Positions 1-8,918 of a stretch of 64,000 nucleotides of DNA are shown here, piece after piece. The translations under genes and the position numbers were made by a program. Origin of the DNA: an uncultured Gemmatimonadaceae bacterium (lineage in GTDB: Bacteria; Gemmatimonadota; Gemmatimonadetes; Gemmatimonadales; Gemmatimonadaceae); NCBI GenBank assembly GCA_963790305.1, contig CAWBOC010000005.1, positions 128,001 to 192,000 of the forward strand, written 5' to 3'. The first letter of the stretch is position 1; each line of letters opens with the position of its first letter. The notes under the pieces are model-generated. The model worked only from the letters and a program-made list of their open reading frames with translations, made no database searches and was not told the DNA's origin.

Positions 1-1101
1 CGCGTCATCGACGGCACCGGGCTCTTCGTCTACCCGGGCATGATCGACGGCGGTACGCAGCTCGGGCTCACCGAGATCAGCTCCGTGCCAGGCGGCGAAG
101 ACACCGAGGAGATCGGCGACTTCAACCCGCATAACGTCGCCCTGACGGCGGTGAACCCGCATTCGGAGCTCATTCCCGTCACGCGGGTCAACGGCGTGAC
201 GACGGCCATTACCGCCGCCGAGGGTGGGCTGATCAGCGGGCAGGCAGGGCTCATCGACCTCATGGGATGGACGCCGGCCGAGATGGCCGTTCGGCGGCAG
301 GCGGCGATGGTGGTGAGCTATCCCTCGTTGGGTGGTGGTGGGTTCGGCGGCGGGGGCGGAGGCGGGGGCCAGCAGCGGCCCGAGTCAGAGCGTCGCGAGG
401 AGCTCGACCGGCGGACGCGCTCGCTGCGCAGCTACTTCGCCGATGCCAAGGCATACACCGAGATGAAGGGACGCGTGGCGAGCGGGGGCGGCGTTCGCAA
501 GGTGAACCAGGCGATGGAGGCGATGACGCCGATCATGCGCGGGGAGATGCCGATCATTTTCGACGTCACGACTGTCGATCAGATTCGCGGCGTGCTGGCC
601 CTCGCCGACACCTTCGGCATCAAGGTCGTGCTGCGCGGCGCCCGCGAGGCATGGCGCCTGGCTGACACGCTGGCCATGCGGAAGATCCCGGTGATCGTCG
701 GTCCGTTGACCACCGTCCCCGGCGCCGATGATCCATACGACATGACATACGCGAACCCCGGTGTGCTCGCGCGCGCCGGAGTGAAGATCGCGTTTCAGAC
801 ATCCGACGCCGCCAACTCGCGCAACCTCCCCTACAACGCGGCATTGGCTGTCGCCTACGGCCTGGACGCGGACGCTGCCTTACGGGCGCTGACGATCAAT
901 GCCGCCGAGATCTTCGGAGTGGCCGATCGGTATGGAAGTCTGGCGCCGGGGAAGGTGGCGAACGTCGTGGTGACCAGCGGCGACCCAATGGACGTGCGCA
1001 GCGTCGTCCGCCACCTCTTCATTCGCGGGCAGCCGGTGCCGCTGGATGATCGGCATACGAGGTTGTACGAGCAGTTTAGAGCGAGGCCGCGAACGCCGTA
1101 G
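1..1101 (+). CDS. Amidohydrolase-family (imidazolonepropionase-like) protein, 5' end outside the window
   Basis: Frame is open from base 1 (RVIDGTGLFVYPGMID); C-terminal 'ALTINAAEIFGVADRYGSLAPGKVANVVV' is the typical amidohydrolase signature. Confidence 0.85.
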   Translation, partial: RVIDGTGLFVYPGMIDGGTQLGLTEISSVPGGEDTEEIGDFNPHNVALTAVNPHSELIPVTRVNGVTTAITAAEGGLISGQAGLIDLMGWTPAEMAVRRQAAMVVSYPSLGGGGFGGGGGGGGQQRPESERREELDRRTRSLRSYFADAKAYTEMKGRVASGGGVRKVNQAMEAMTPIMRGEMPIIFDVTTVDQIRGVLALADTFGIKVVLRGAREAWRLADTLAMRKIPVIVGPLTTVPGADDPYDMTYANPGVLARAGVKIAFQTSDAANSRNLPYNAALAVAYGLDADAALRALTINAAEIFGVADRYGSLAPGKVANVVVTSGDPMDVRSVVRHLFIRGQPVPLDDRHTRLYEQFRARPRTP

Positions 1102-1228
1102 GGGTCAGGGGTCAGGAGTCAGGGGTCAGGGGGGGTCAGGGTGAAGGTTTCAGGAGAACGCGCGCGCCGCACTCCTGGAACCTCGACCCTGACGCCCCTG
1201 ACCCCTGACTCCTGACTCCTGACCCCTA
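1099..1228. repeat. Palindromic element, family A (GG(G/A)GTCA-type heptamer arms), copy 1
   Basis: TAGGGGTCAGGGGTCAGGAGTCAGG... and ...CCTGACTCCTGACTCCTGACCCCTA; its ends are the stop codons of two convergent genes. Confidence 0.9.
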
Positions 1229-1510
1229 GCTGACGATCCCTTCCCCGCCGTTCTCCAGCTCCTCGCCGCCGTGCCGCCGCCGAATGTGCTCCATGAGCGA
1301 CCGCCGTCGCATGGACTTGCGCAGCTCTGCGGCAATGTGTGCACGCCGCGCCGCATCGAGCAGGCGATCGCTCAAGCGCTCCATCTCCCCCGTCGATTCG
1401 TCGGCAACGTTGCGGACGTCACACAGCTCTTCGATGCTCCGGTTCAGGTCCGACTGCACCTGATCGAGCATCGAACGCGACGGATCACGCGGCTTCCCTC
1501 GAAAGGCCAT
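1226..1510 (-). CDS. Small hypothetical helical protein (94 aa), homologous to the N-terminal domain of 57636..58178
   Basis: ATG at 1510 preceded by AAGGAGG; hand alignment with the 57.6 kb protein supports that it is coding. Confidence 0.8.
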   Translation of the reverse strand: MAFRGKPRDPSRSMLDQVQSDLNRSIEELCDVRNVADESTGEMERLSDRLLDAARRAHIAAELRKSMRRRSLMEHIRRRHGGEELENGGEGIVS

Positions 1511-1583
1511 TGGGCGCCTCCTTTCCGTCCCCCCGCAGGCACGCACTCTACGGCGAGCTCGCCGCCATCGAAGGGAACTACCT

Positions 1584-3056
1584 CTAAGGCAAACTTTGTG
1601 CTTCGTGCGCCAAGCCGTCGAGGAGCCGAGTCACATGCTCGTCGTGCGTGAACGGGTTCATCATTGTGACTCGGAGCACACGGCGACCCCCCAGAACCGT
1701 CGAGGTGATCCATCCTCGCCCCGATCGGTTGTATCGCTCGCGCAGATCTCGATTCAGCTCGTCGAGCGCGGAGTCATCGCGCCGGGGCGATCCGGTCCAG
1801 CGGAAGCACAGAATGTTCGACTCCGGCTCATGCAACGCCTCGAAGTCGGCACGAGCGCCAATGGCGTCGTGCAGGGTCCGCGTGACAGCGCACAGACGGT
1901 CGTAGAGCGCTCCCATACCGTCGGCGCCGTAGCGCTGCAGCGCAACCCAAACCTTCAGGGCATCAGCGCGGCGTGAGCACATGAAGCTGCGCACCCCCTG
2001 ATCCGCGATACGGTCGCTGTCCTCTCCGTGGAAGAGATAGGGCGCCTGCTGAGCGAACGCGGCGTCGAGATCACGCTCGTCACGAACCAGTAGCAAGCCC
2101 GCAGAAAGCGGGAGGAGCATCATCTTGTGCGGATCCCACGAGACCGAGCTTGCGTGCTCGATGCCTCGCATCCGTACGCGGTGCGCGGAGGAAAACAGCG
2201 CTGACGCACCGTGGGCGCCATCGACGTGAAGCCACACGCCGTGCGTCGCGCACACCTCGCCTATCGCCTCGAGATCGTCGAACGACCCTGTAGCCGTAGA
2301 GCCGGCGGTTGCTACCACCGCCATGACACGCGTGCCTTCTCGCGTGAGCTGCTCGAGCCGTCGCTGCAACACATGCACATCCATGCACAGCGCACGCGAT
2401 GAAATCGCGATCGCACGCCTCGTCCCGAGCCCCAGTTGTGCGATCGCACGCGTGACCGAGTAGTGCGCATGCTCACCGTGCAGCACCACGGGAGCGTTGG
2501 CGGCGACGCCGCCTTCCCACGCCTCGGGGAGGGCGCGTGCGCGCGCCGCGAGAAGAGCCGTGAACGTCGCCTCCGTGCCGCCCGTCGTGAGGGTGCCGCC
2601 CCCGCGAGGACCCAACCCGGCAAGGTCGACCATCCAGCGCACGACGCGATGCTCGATCGCGGTGAGCGTCGGCGACATCTCGCGCACGGCCAGCGAGTTG
2701 TTGAGCATCGAGATCACCGCCTCCACCCAGATCGCCGCCGGCAAAGGCGCTGAAACCTGGTGCCCCATGTACATCGGATGCGTGAGGTGGTTCGCGTCGG
2801 GCACCGCATCACGGGCAATCCGATCCACCACATCGCGCAGTGCTCTTCCCTGCCGCGGCATCGGCTCATCGAAGCGCTGGGCAATCGCCTCAATCGATTG
2901 CGCCGTCGATACAGGCCCCACCTCAGCCCCCGTCTCCTCGAGATAGCGAGCGACGAGCTCGACAAAGAGGGAGCCGGAATCGCGACTCGAATCGAGCGCG
3001 AGGTCGCTCAGGATGTCGTTGGATATGTGAGAACTCGCTCCTCGTTCCTCTTTCAC
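1584..3056 (-). CDS. Group II PLP-dependent decarboxylase (aromatic amino acid/diaminobutyrate decarboxylase family)
   Basis: Motifs HPMYMGHQ, TAGSTATGSFD, WLHVDGAHG and SWDPHK (PLP lysine); GTG start overlaps the upstream TGA (GTGA). Confidence 0.9.
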   Translation of the reverse strand: MKEERGASSHISNDILSDLALDSSRDSGSLFVELVARYLEETGAEVGPVSTAQSIEAIAQRFDEPMPRQGRALRDVVDRIARDAVPDANHLTHPMYMGHQVSAPLPAAIWVEAVISMLNNSLAVREMSPTLTAIEHRVVRWMVDLAGLGPRGGGTLTTGGTEATFTALLAARARALPEAWEGGVAANAPVVLHGEHAHYSVTRAIAQLGLGTRRAIAISSRALCMDVHVLQRRLEQLTREGTRVMAVVATAGSTATGSFDDLEAIGEVCATHGVWLHVDGAHGASALFSSAHRVRMRGIEHASSVSWDPHKMMLLPLSAGLLLVRDERDLDAAFAQQAPYLFHGEDSDRIADQGVRSFMCSRRADALKVWVALQRYGADGMGALYDRLCAVTRTLHDAIGARADFEALHEPESNILCFRWTGSPRRDDSALDELNRDLRERYNRSGRGWITSTVLGGRRVLRVTMMNPFTHDEHVTRLLDGLAHEAQSLP

Positions 3057-3574
3057 CCGGTCAGCTCCAATTCCAGGATTTTCCGAGCGGGTAACGGGTC
3101 GACCGTCCTGTAGCATTGCAAGCGGTCAATGGTCACCGGCTCCTCCACGAGCACCGAAAGCAGCTGCCTGCGCTGCGCGACATCGAGCGTGACATAGAAG
3201 CTGAGCGTCGCGTGAGGCGTGAATGGGAATCGCGCCGGCTGGAAGGGCAGGCCCGACGTTGCGATCCGGTCATGGAGCGCGCGCAGCGGGCCGTGCGGAT
3301 CGAGCGGAAGAACGATGATGTCGGTTTGCATGAACCGCATGGGCGCACCCAGCCGCGCTGTGATCGGCGCCGTCGTCTCGGCGATCGGCGCGAGCGCGGT
3401 GTTCAGTGCCTCGAGTGGAACGTTGAGTGGAATGGGGCCGACGCCGGAGGATCCGGTAATCGTGATGTGCGGAACCGACGTGCTCGCCAGCCGTCGATCG
3501 ATGCTCTCCTGCGCCGCTCGCACGATCTCCCGCGCTGTGCCGTTGAGCTCGGAGATGATGAAAATGCCGTCCAC
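3053..3574 (-). CDS. 2H phosphoesterase (2'-5' RNA ligase family)
   Basis: Two HxT motifs (PHITI and FTPHATL) about 85 aa apart. Confidence 0.85.
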   Translation of the reverse strand: MDGIFIISELNGTAREIVRAAQESIDRRLASTSVPHITITGSSGVGPIPLNVPLEALNTALAPIAETTAPITARLGAPMRFMQTDIIVLPLDPHGPLRALHDRIATSGLPFQPARFPFTPHATLSFYVTLDVAQRRQLLSVLVEEPVTIDRLQCYRTVDPLPARKILELELTG

Positions 3575-3585
3575 GGTGGGGAAAA

Positions 3586-3689
3586 GGCGCTAGAGGCGCT
3601 AGAGGCGCTAGAGGCGCTGGGGCGACACGCTGGCCCGATTTCTTCGTACTGTCGCCAGCGCCCTTAGCGCCTCTAGCGCCTCTAGCGCC
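3586..3689. repeat. Palindromic element, family B (GGCGCTAGA 9-mer arms), copy 1
   Basis: (GGCGCTAGA)x3 ... (TCTAGCGCC)-type arm; fills nearly the whole gap between two divergent genes. Confidence 0.9.
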
Positions 3690-3690
3690 C

Positions 3691-4671
3691 TTGCCGTCCT
3701 ACGACCTCACCGCCTGCCCCGTCTGCACGTCGAGCGACGCTGAACAGATCGCCAGCGCCGAGGAGGCGCGCGCGGAGATGGAGGAGCTGTGGGAGTTCCA
3801 CCAGCGGCGGCTCCGGCCGGCAATACCGCCGCGCGCGCTGGCTGACCGCGTCACCTTCTCTCAGAACCCGCCGCTTCGCCTGGCGCGGTGCCGGCAATGC
3901 TCGCTCGTGTATCGCAATCCGCGGGAGCGGGCTGAAGAGCTGGTCGAGACGTACGCGAGCGAGATGCCTGACGACGCTACCCTGCGGACGCTCCACGAGA
4001 ATCAGCGGCGCGCGTACCGCGCGCAGGTTCGGCGTCTCGAGCGCGCTCACGGACGTCGCGGAGCGGGGCTCGAGGTCGGGAGCTACGTGGGTGCGTTCCT
4101 CGCCGCCGCGCGGGACGTCGGTTGGACCTTCGAGGGTCTGGACATCAACGCCCACGCGGCTGCCTTTGCCTGCCGCATGGGATTTCGCGTCACCGTGGGC
4201 GAGCTCGACGAGGTCACCGGGCGGCGATTCGACGCCGTCGCGATCTGGAATACCTTCGAGCAGCTTCCCGACCCGCGCGCGGCCGCCGTCACCGCCCGGC
4301 GGCTGTTGAACACCGGCGGAACGCTCGCCATCCGCGTTCCGAACGGGGAGGCGTACATGACCTTCCGCCGCGCGCTTCGTGGTCCGTTCGCGTCAATCGC
4401 GCGGGCGGCCCTCGTCCACAACAACCTGCTGGGCTTCCCCTATCGTCACGGATTCACCCCTGCGTCGCTCACGCGTCTACTCCATGACGCCGGCTTCGGA
4501 GATGTTCGTTTCCATGGTGATACCCTTGTCCCCATTGGCGACCGTTGGACACGCCGCTGGGCGCGGATGGAGGAACAGGTGGTCAAGGCGCTGTTGCGAG
4601 GTGCGGTGAGAAGTAGCAGGTTAGGGCAGCGATATTCGCCCTGGATCGAAGCTTACGCGCGTGCACGTTGA
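3691..4671 (+). CDS. Class I SAM-dependent methyltransferase with N-terminal Zn ribbon
   Basis: CPVC...CRQC, then LEVGSYVG (motif I), GLDIN and FDAVAIWNTFEQLPDP. Confidence 0.85.
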   Translation: MPSYDLTACPVCTSSDAEQIASAEEARAEMEELWEFHQRRLRPAIPPRALADRVTFSQNPPLRLARCRQCSLVYRNPRERAEELVETYASEMPDDATLRTLHENQRRAYRAQVRRLERAHGRRGAGLEVGSYVGAFLAAARDVGWTFEGLDINAHAAAFACRMGFRVTVGELDEVTGRRFDAVAIWNTFEQLPDPRAAAVTARRLLNTGGTLAIRVPNGEAYMTFRRALRGPFASIARAALVHNNLLGFPYRHGFTPASLTRLLHDAGFGDVRFHGDTLVPIGDRWTRRWARMEEQVVKALLRGAVRSSRLGQRYSPWIEAYARAR

Positions 4672-4729
4672 TGTGCTCGCAACGCGGTACCCCTCCCCGC
4701 GTCACCCCTTTCATCCCACCTAGCCGCGC

Positions 4730-6973
4730 ATGCCGGACGTGACCGGGGAAGCTACCCTCGGCTCGATTCTCGAGACCCTCGTGCCGGTGATGGCGCAGGC
4801 GGGTAGCGCGGGCAATGCGGCGGTCCTTCTCCTCGAGCGACTCGTCTCGCGACGGAGCTGCACCGCGGGGTGGGTCGGACGTCTCACGGAACGAGGGGAG
4901 CTCATCGGGCTCGCCGAAGTGGACGTCGGCATCAGCGCGGGCGACGTGCACATTGCCGCCGCGCAGGCCATGCATCCGCTCATCCGTACCGCCGTTCGTC
5001 CCGGGGAGCCGCCTCATGTCGCCCCGGTGCGCGAGCTCGGCATGGAGCAGGCCGCGATCATCCCGATGCCGGTCCTCGAGCCGGCGCGGTTCGCCCTCGA
5101 GAGCGCGCAGCACGTGTGGGCCTGGGGCGTGATGGCGCTCGCCGTTTCGCGGCGTCCAACCGCCGAGGAGATGGACCTGTGGGCCCGGCTCGCTCGGTCG
5201 CTCGGCAGCGTCATCGCACGGCTGGAGCGTGACGCCACTCGCGTTGCCGCCGCCGCGGCGGCCGCCCGGGATCGCGCGCTGCTGTCCGATGTCTTCGAGC
5301 ACCTGCCAGACGCGATCGTCATAACTGACGCCGAGAACCGCGTCGCGATCGAGAACGAGCGCGCCCGCGCGTTGCTGCGCACACCCGAGGAGGGGGCCAG
5401 CGAAGGTCTGCGCCGGGCGACCGAGCTCAACACCCTGCTCATGTCATCGTTCCTGTCCCGTGCGGTCCTTCAAGGCACCGGGTCGGGTGAGTCTCGCGAC
5501 GTGACGCTGGTGAATCCGGTCGACGGCAGCGACCTCACGTTCGAGGTTCTCTCGGTGAGACTGACGGGGCGACGCGAGCGCGAGCCGCTCACCGTCTCGC
5601 TGCTTCGCAACGTCACCGACCTCAAGCGCGTGACGGAGGCGCTCACCGCCCAGTTCTCCCGCGCGCGCGACGCGGAACGGGAAATCCGAAGCGAGCGAGA
5701 CCGACTCGAGATCATCCTCGAGAACGTGGCCGACCCGGTCGTCGTCACCGACATGGCCGCAGGCGTGCTCCTCATGAATCGCGCGGCCGAGCGGCTGTTT
5801 CAGGCCCCTGAAGAACCAGGGCCGCTCGTCGCGGAACGCACAGCCGCGTCATTCTCGGTGCGCGCGAACGACACGATTTTCACCTCGTACATCTCCGATT
5901 TCGCTCTCGATCCCGATGAGACGCGCCGCACGACCTTCCGCCTCATGGATCCGACCCGGAAGACGGACTTCCCGGTGGAAGCGATCGCAGGCAAGGTGAT
6001 GAACGAGCGTGGCGAGCCCATCGCGATCGTCACGGTCGTGCACGACCTCAGCGTCGCCGAGGAAAAGGAAAAGCTGGCGTCGCAGCTGATGGTGCTGAAT
6101 CGCGATCTCGAAGCCCGAGTCGCCGAGGCGACGTCCGAGCTCGAGGAGCGCAATCGGCGACTGGAGCTGCAGCGGGACGAGCTTCGGCGCGCGTCGCAGC
6201 TCAAGTCGGAGTTCCTCGCATCGATGTCGCACGAGCTGCGCACACCGCTCAACGCGATCATCGGTCACACGCAGAACATCCTCGACGGTCTCTACGGCCA
6301 GCTGGCGCCGCAAGTACAGATCATTTCGCGCCGCATCGAGCAGAACTCGAAGCATCTGCTGATGTTGATCAACGACATCCTCGACCTGGCGAAGATCGAA
6401 GCCGGCGAGATGCCGATGACCATCGAAGAGGTGGAGTTGCTGCCGCTCGTCGAGGATGTGCTGCGCACCCTGGAGCCGATGGCGCAGCGGCGCTCACTCT
6501 CGCTCACACTCGAGCCGAGCATGTCGCGCGCGCGCATCCGCAGCGACCAGATGAAGCTCCGGCAGATTCTCACGAACCTCGGCTCCAACGCCGTGAAGTT
6601 CACCATCAAGGGCGGAGTTCGCGTTCGCGTCGTGGATGTCGAGGGCGGCGTTTCCATTACCATCGAGGACACCGGCATCGGGATCCCGCATGATCTGATC
6701 GAGACGGCCTTTCAGGACTTCCGCCAGCTCGATCAGAGCTACACCCGCCAGGAGGGTGGCACCGGTCTTGGGCTTTCGATCACGCGCCGTCTGGTGGGCT
6801 TGTTAGGCGGCCGGCTGTTCGTGCGCAGCCGGCCTGGCGTGGGCTCGCACTTCCGCGTGGAGCTTCCGATCTTCCCTGGGCAAGCACCGCGGCTGGAGGG
6901 CGACGTCCTCGTGATCGAGGAGGGGCCGGTCTCGACGGATCCCTCTGTCAGCTCCTCCATGAGGGGCGCATGA
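4730..6973 (+). CDS. Sensor histidine kinase with two PAS domains
   Basis: PAS starts (FEHLPDAIVITD; LENVADPVVVTD), H-box FLASMSHELRTPLNAI, N-box NLGSNAVKFT, G boxes DTGIGI and GTGLGL. Confidence 0.93.
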   Translation: MPDVTGEATLGSILETLVPVMAQAGSAGNAAVLLLERLVSRRSCTAGWVGRLTERGELIGLAEVDVGISAGDVHIAAAQAMHPLIRTAVRPGEPPHVAPVRELGMEQAAIIPMPVLEPARFALESAQHVWAWGVMALAVSRRPTAEEMDLWARLARSLGSVIARLERDATRVAAAAAAARDRALLSDVFEHLPDAIVITDAENRVAIENERARALLRTPEEGASEGLRRATELNTLLMSSFLSRAVLQGTGSGESRDVTLVNPVDGSDLTFEVLSVRLTGRREREPLTVSLLRNVTDLKRVTEALTAQFSRARDAEREIRSERDRLEIILENVADPVVVTDMAAGVLLMNRAAERLFQAPEEPGPLVAERTAASFSVRANDTIFTSYISDFALDPDETRRTTFRLMDPTRKTDFPVEAIAGKVMNERGEPIAIVTVVHDLSVAEEKEKLASQLMVLNRDLEARVAEATSELEERNRRLELQRDELRRASQLKSEFLASMSHELRTPLNAIIGHTQNILDGLYGQLAPQVQIISRRIEQNSKHLLMLINDILDLAKIEAGEMPMTIEEVELLPLVEDVLRTLEPMAQRRSLSLTLEPSMSRARIRSDQMKLRQILTNLGSNAVKFTIKGGVRVRVVDVEGGVSITIEDTGIGIPHDLIETAFQDFRQLDQSYTRQEGGTGLGLSITRRLVGLLGGRLFVRSRPGVGSHFRVELPIFPGQAPRLEGDVLVIEEGPVSTDPSVSSSMRGA

Positions 6974-7851
6974 GACGTGTCGTGTGTCTCGGTGTCGCTG
7001 GTCTCGCGGCGCTCATGCCGCTCACCGAGGCGCTGGCGCAAGGCCAACCCACCCAGGAGCCGTTGCCGGAGCAGACTCTCCGCGATCTCTCCGGGCGCGA
7101 CCGCGTCGCGCATCTCGCCATCAACGGCGCCCTCGGCGGATTCAGCTCGGCGATGTTCGCGCTGGCCCGCGGAAAGAATCCTTGGCGCGCAGCACTCGTG
7201 GGGTTCGGCGGTGGCGTCGCACTGGGCGTGGGCAAGCAGGTCGCCGGCAAGCGCTTCGACGGTGCCGGTCTCCTCGGCCGACAGCTCGCGTCAGTTGGCA
7301 CTTCCTTCGTGCGCAGCGCGTCCGAAGACACGATGGTCGTCATCGTACCCGTGGGGCCGATGACGTTCGAAATCCGGCCCAGCGCCGTGGATCGCGTGCG
7401 GCCGCGCGTGAATCTCGTCGCCACGACGGCGCTGCTGTACTACGTCATCCGTGATGATACCCGTATCGATGTGGGCGCCACTTTTTCCGCTGGCGCCCCG
7501 GTGTTTCGCTTTCCGACGGAGACGGTGTCGACACGCGACGGCATCATCTTCGGGCGAATGGATTTCGGAACGATCGTCCTCGGAGCGCAGCCATCCATCC
7601 TCGATGCACAACGACGCATGACGCTGCCCCACGAGTCGATTCACATCGTGCAGTACGACTTCCTGGAGCAGGCACTCTCCCTGCCGCCGGAGCGCGCCAT
7701 CCTGCGAAAGCTGGGCGTGGGCGAAGGCTTTCTGCGCCATGTCGACCTCGGGGTTATCTCCCTGATGCTCGCGGGTGTGCTGCAGATGCACATGGACTAC
7801 GACGACCGCCCGTGGGAGCGGGAGGCGGTGATCCTGACTGAAGGGCGGTAG
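6970..7851 (+). CDS. Exported/membrane hypothetical protein with HExxH zinc-peptidase-like motif
   Basis: Signal-peptide-like N-terminus; LPHESIHIVQY plus downstream PWEREA; ATGA overlap with the kinase stop. Confidence 0.65.
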   Translation: MRRVVCLGVAGLAALMPLTEALAQGQPTQEPLPEQTLRDLSGRDRVAHLAINGALGGFSSAMFALARGKNPWRAALVGFGGGVALGVGKQVAGKRFDGAGLLGRQLASVGTSFVRSASEDTMVVIVPVGPMTFEIRPSAVDRVRPRVNLVATTALLYYVIRDDTRIDVGATFSAGAPVFRFPTETVSTRDGIIFGRMDFGTIVLGAQPSILDAQRRMTLPHESIHIVQYDFLEQALSLPPERAILRKLGVGEGFLRHVDLGVISLMLAGVLQMHMDYDDRPWEREAVILTEGR

Positions 7852-7857
7852 AGCCTC

Positions 7858-7986
7858 GGGGTCAGGAGTCAGGAATCAGGGATCAGGGGGTGTCAGGGTA
7901 AAGGTTCAAGGAGAACGGCTCGAGCGACTCCTGAAACCTCTTCCCTGACACCCCCTGATTCCTGACATCCTGACTCCTGACCCCTA
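7858..7986. repeat. Palindromic element, family A, copy 2
   Basis: GGGGTCAGGAGTCAGGAATCAGG...AAGGTTCAAGGAG / CTCCTGAAACC...CCTGACTCCTGACCCCTA between convergent genes. Confidence 0.9.
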
Positions 7987-8802
7987 GCGTCCCCGCATAA
8001 CGAGCGGCCGCGTCGCCCAGCCGGATTCCCCCTCGGGCACCACCACCACGCCCAGCAGCCATCGGTCGATCCGATTGTCCGGATGCGTGTGGTGATACTT
8101 CACCACCTTGATGCCGGCGAACGTTCCGATCAGCCCGCCAATGAGCACGTCGCTCGCCCAATGCTTGTTGTCGTACATCCGCGACAGCGCGATGAGCCCC
8201 GCGCCACCGTACATGACCGGCGCGATGTACCACACCGATTGCGGCCACCAGCGGCGCGTTTCGTCCACCACGGCCGCGGCCGCGGCGAATCCGATCAGCG
8301 AATGGCCCGACGGGAAAGAGCGGTACTGCTCCTGGTTCCATCCGCGCATGAAGCCGAAGTTGTGCGGCTTGTCGATGTCGACGTAGGGTCGCTGTCGGCC
8401 CGCGGTGATCTTGATCAGGTTCGTCACCAGCAGACCGGCGATGATCGCCTCGGTACCGTGCAACCCCAGGTCGGCCATGCGCTCATTGTCCGCCAGCCTG
8501 CCGATTCCGTAGAGCGCGCCGCCGATGAGGTAAGCTCCCGGTTGCGCGATGGTCTCGACGACCCGCGACACCCGACGAAAGAACCGATTGGTCTGCGGCG
8601 CGCCTTGCAGGTAATCGGCGAATCGCTTGTCGAGCGGCGCAATGGCCACCGTCGCGAAGATGACGCCGCCGGCAAAAAGCGCGTCCTCCGCCGTGAACAG
8701 CGGCTCTTGCGACGTCTTGAGACTGTCCTCCGACGGTTGCGCGAGCACACGCGCGGGAAACAGGAGCGCAGCACAGAGCGCGAGCGTCGTTGAGAGGCGC
8801 AT
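7984..8802 (-). CDS. PAP2-family phosphatase
   Basis: KITAGRQRP, SFPSGH and SRMYDNKHWASD are the three PAP2 motifs; signal peptide from ATG 8802. Confidence 0.9.
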   Translation of the reverse strand: MRLSTTLALCAALLFPARVLAQPSEDSLKTSQEPLFTAEDALFAGGVIFATVAIAPLDKRFADYLQGAPQTNRFFRRVSRVVETIAQPGAYLIGGALYGIGRLADNERMADLGLHGTEAIIAGLLVTNLIKITAGRQRPYVDIDKPHNFGFMRGWNQEQYRSFPSGHSLIGFAAAAAVVDETRRWWPQSVWYIAPVMYGGAGLIALSRMYDNKHWASDVLIGGLIGTFAGIKVVKYHHTHPDNRIDRWLLGVVVVPEGESGWATRPLVMRGR

Positions 8803-8811
8803 GTGACGGGC

Positions 8812-8879
8812 GATTGCGGAGTGTGGATTGCGGACGATGGGCAAGAGCCAACGCAATCCCCAATCCGCAATCCGCATTC
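8812..8879. repeat. Palindromic element, family D (ATTGCGG/CCGCAAT heptamers), copy 1
   Basis: GATTGCGGAGTGTGGATTGCGG ... CGCAATCCCCAATCCGCAATCCGCATTC between divergent genes. Confidence 0.75.
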
Positions 8880-8918
8880 CCTGTTGCGTACCTCTCACGG
8901 CTCGACCAACCTATCCCA

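Noticed and set aside
331..369. Poly-Gly coding tract in the amidohydrolase
   Set aside because: In-frame low-complexity linker with mixed codons; not a contingency repeat.
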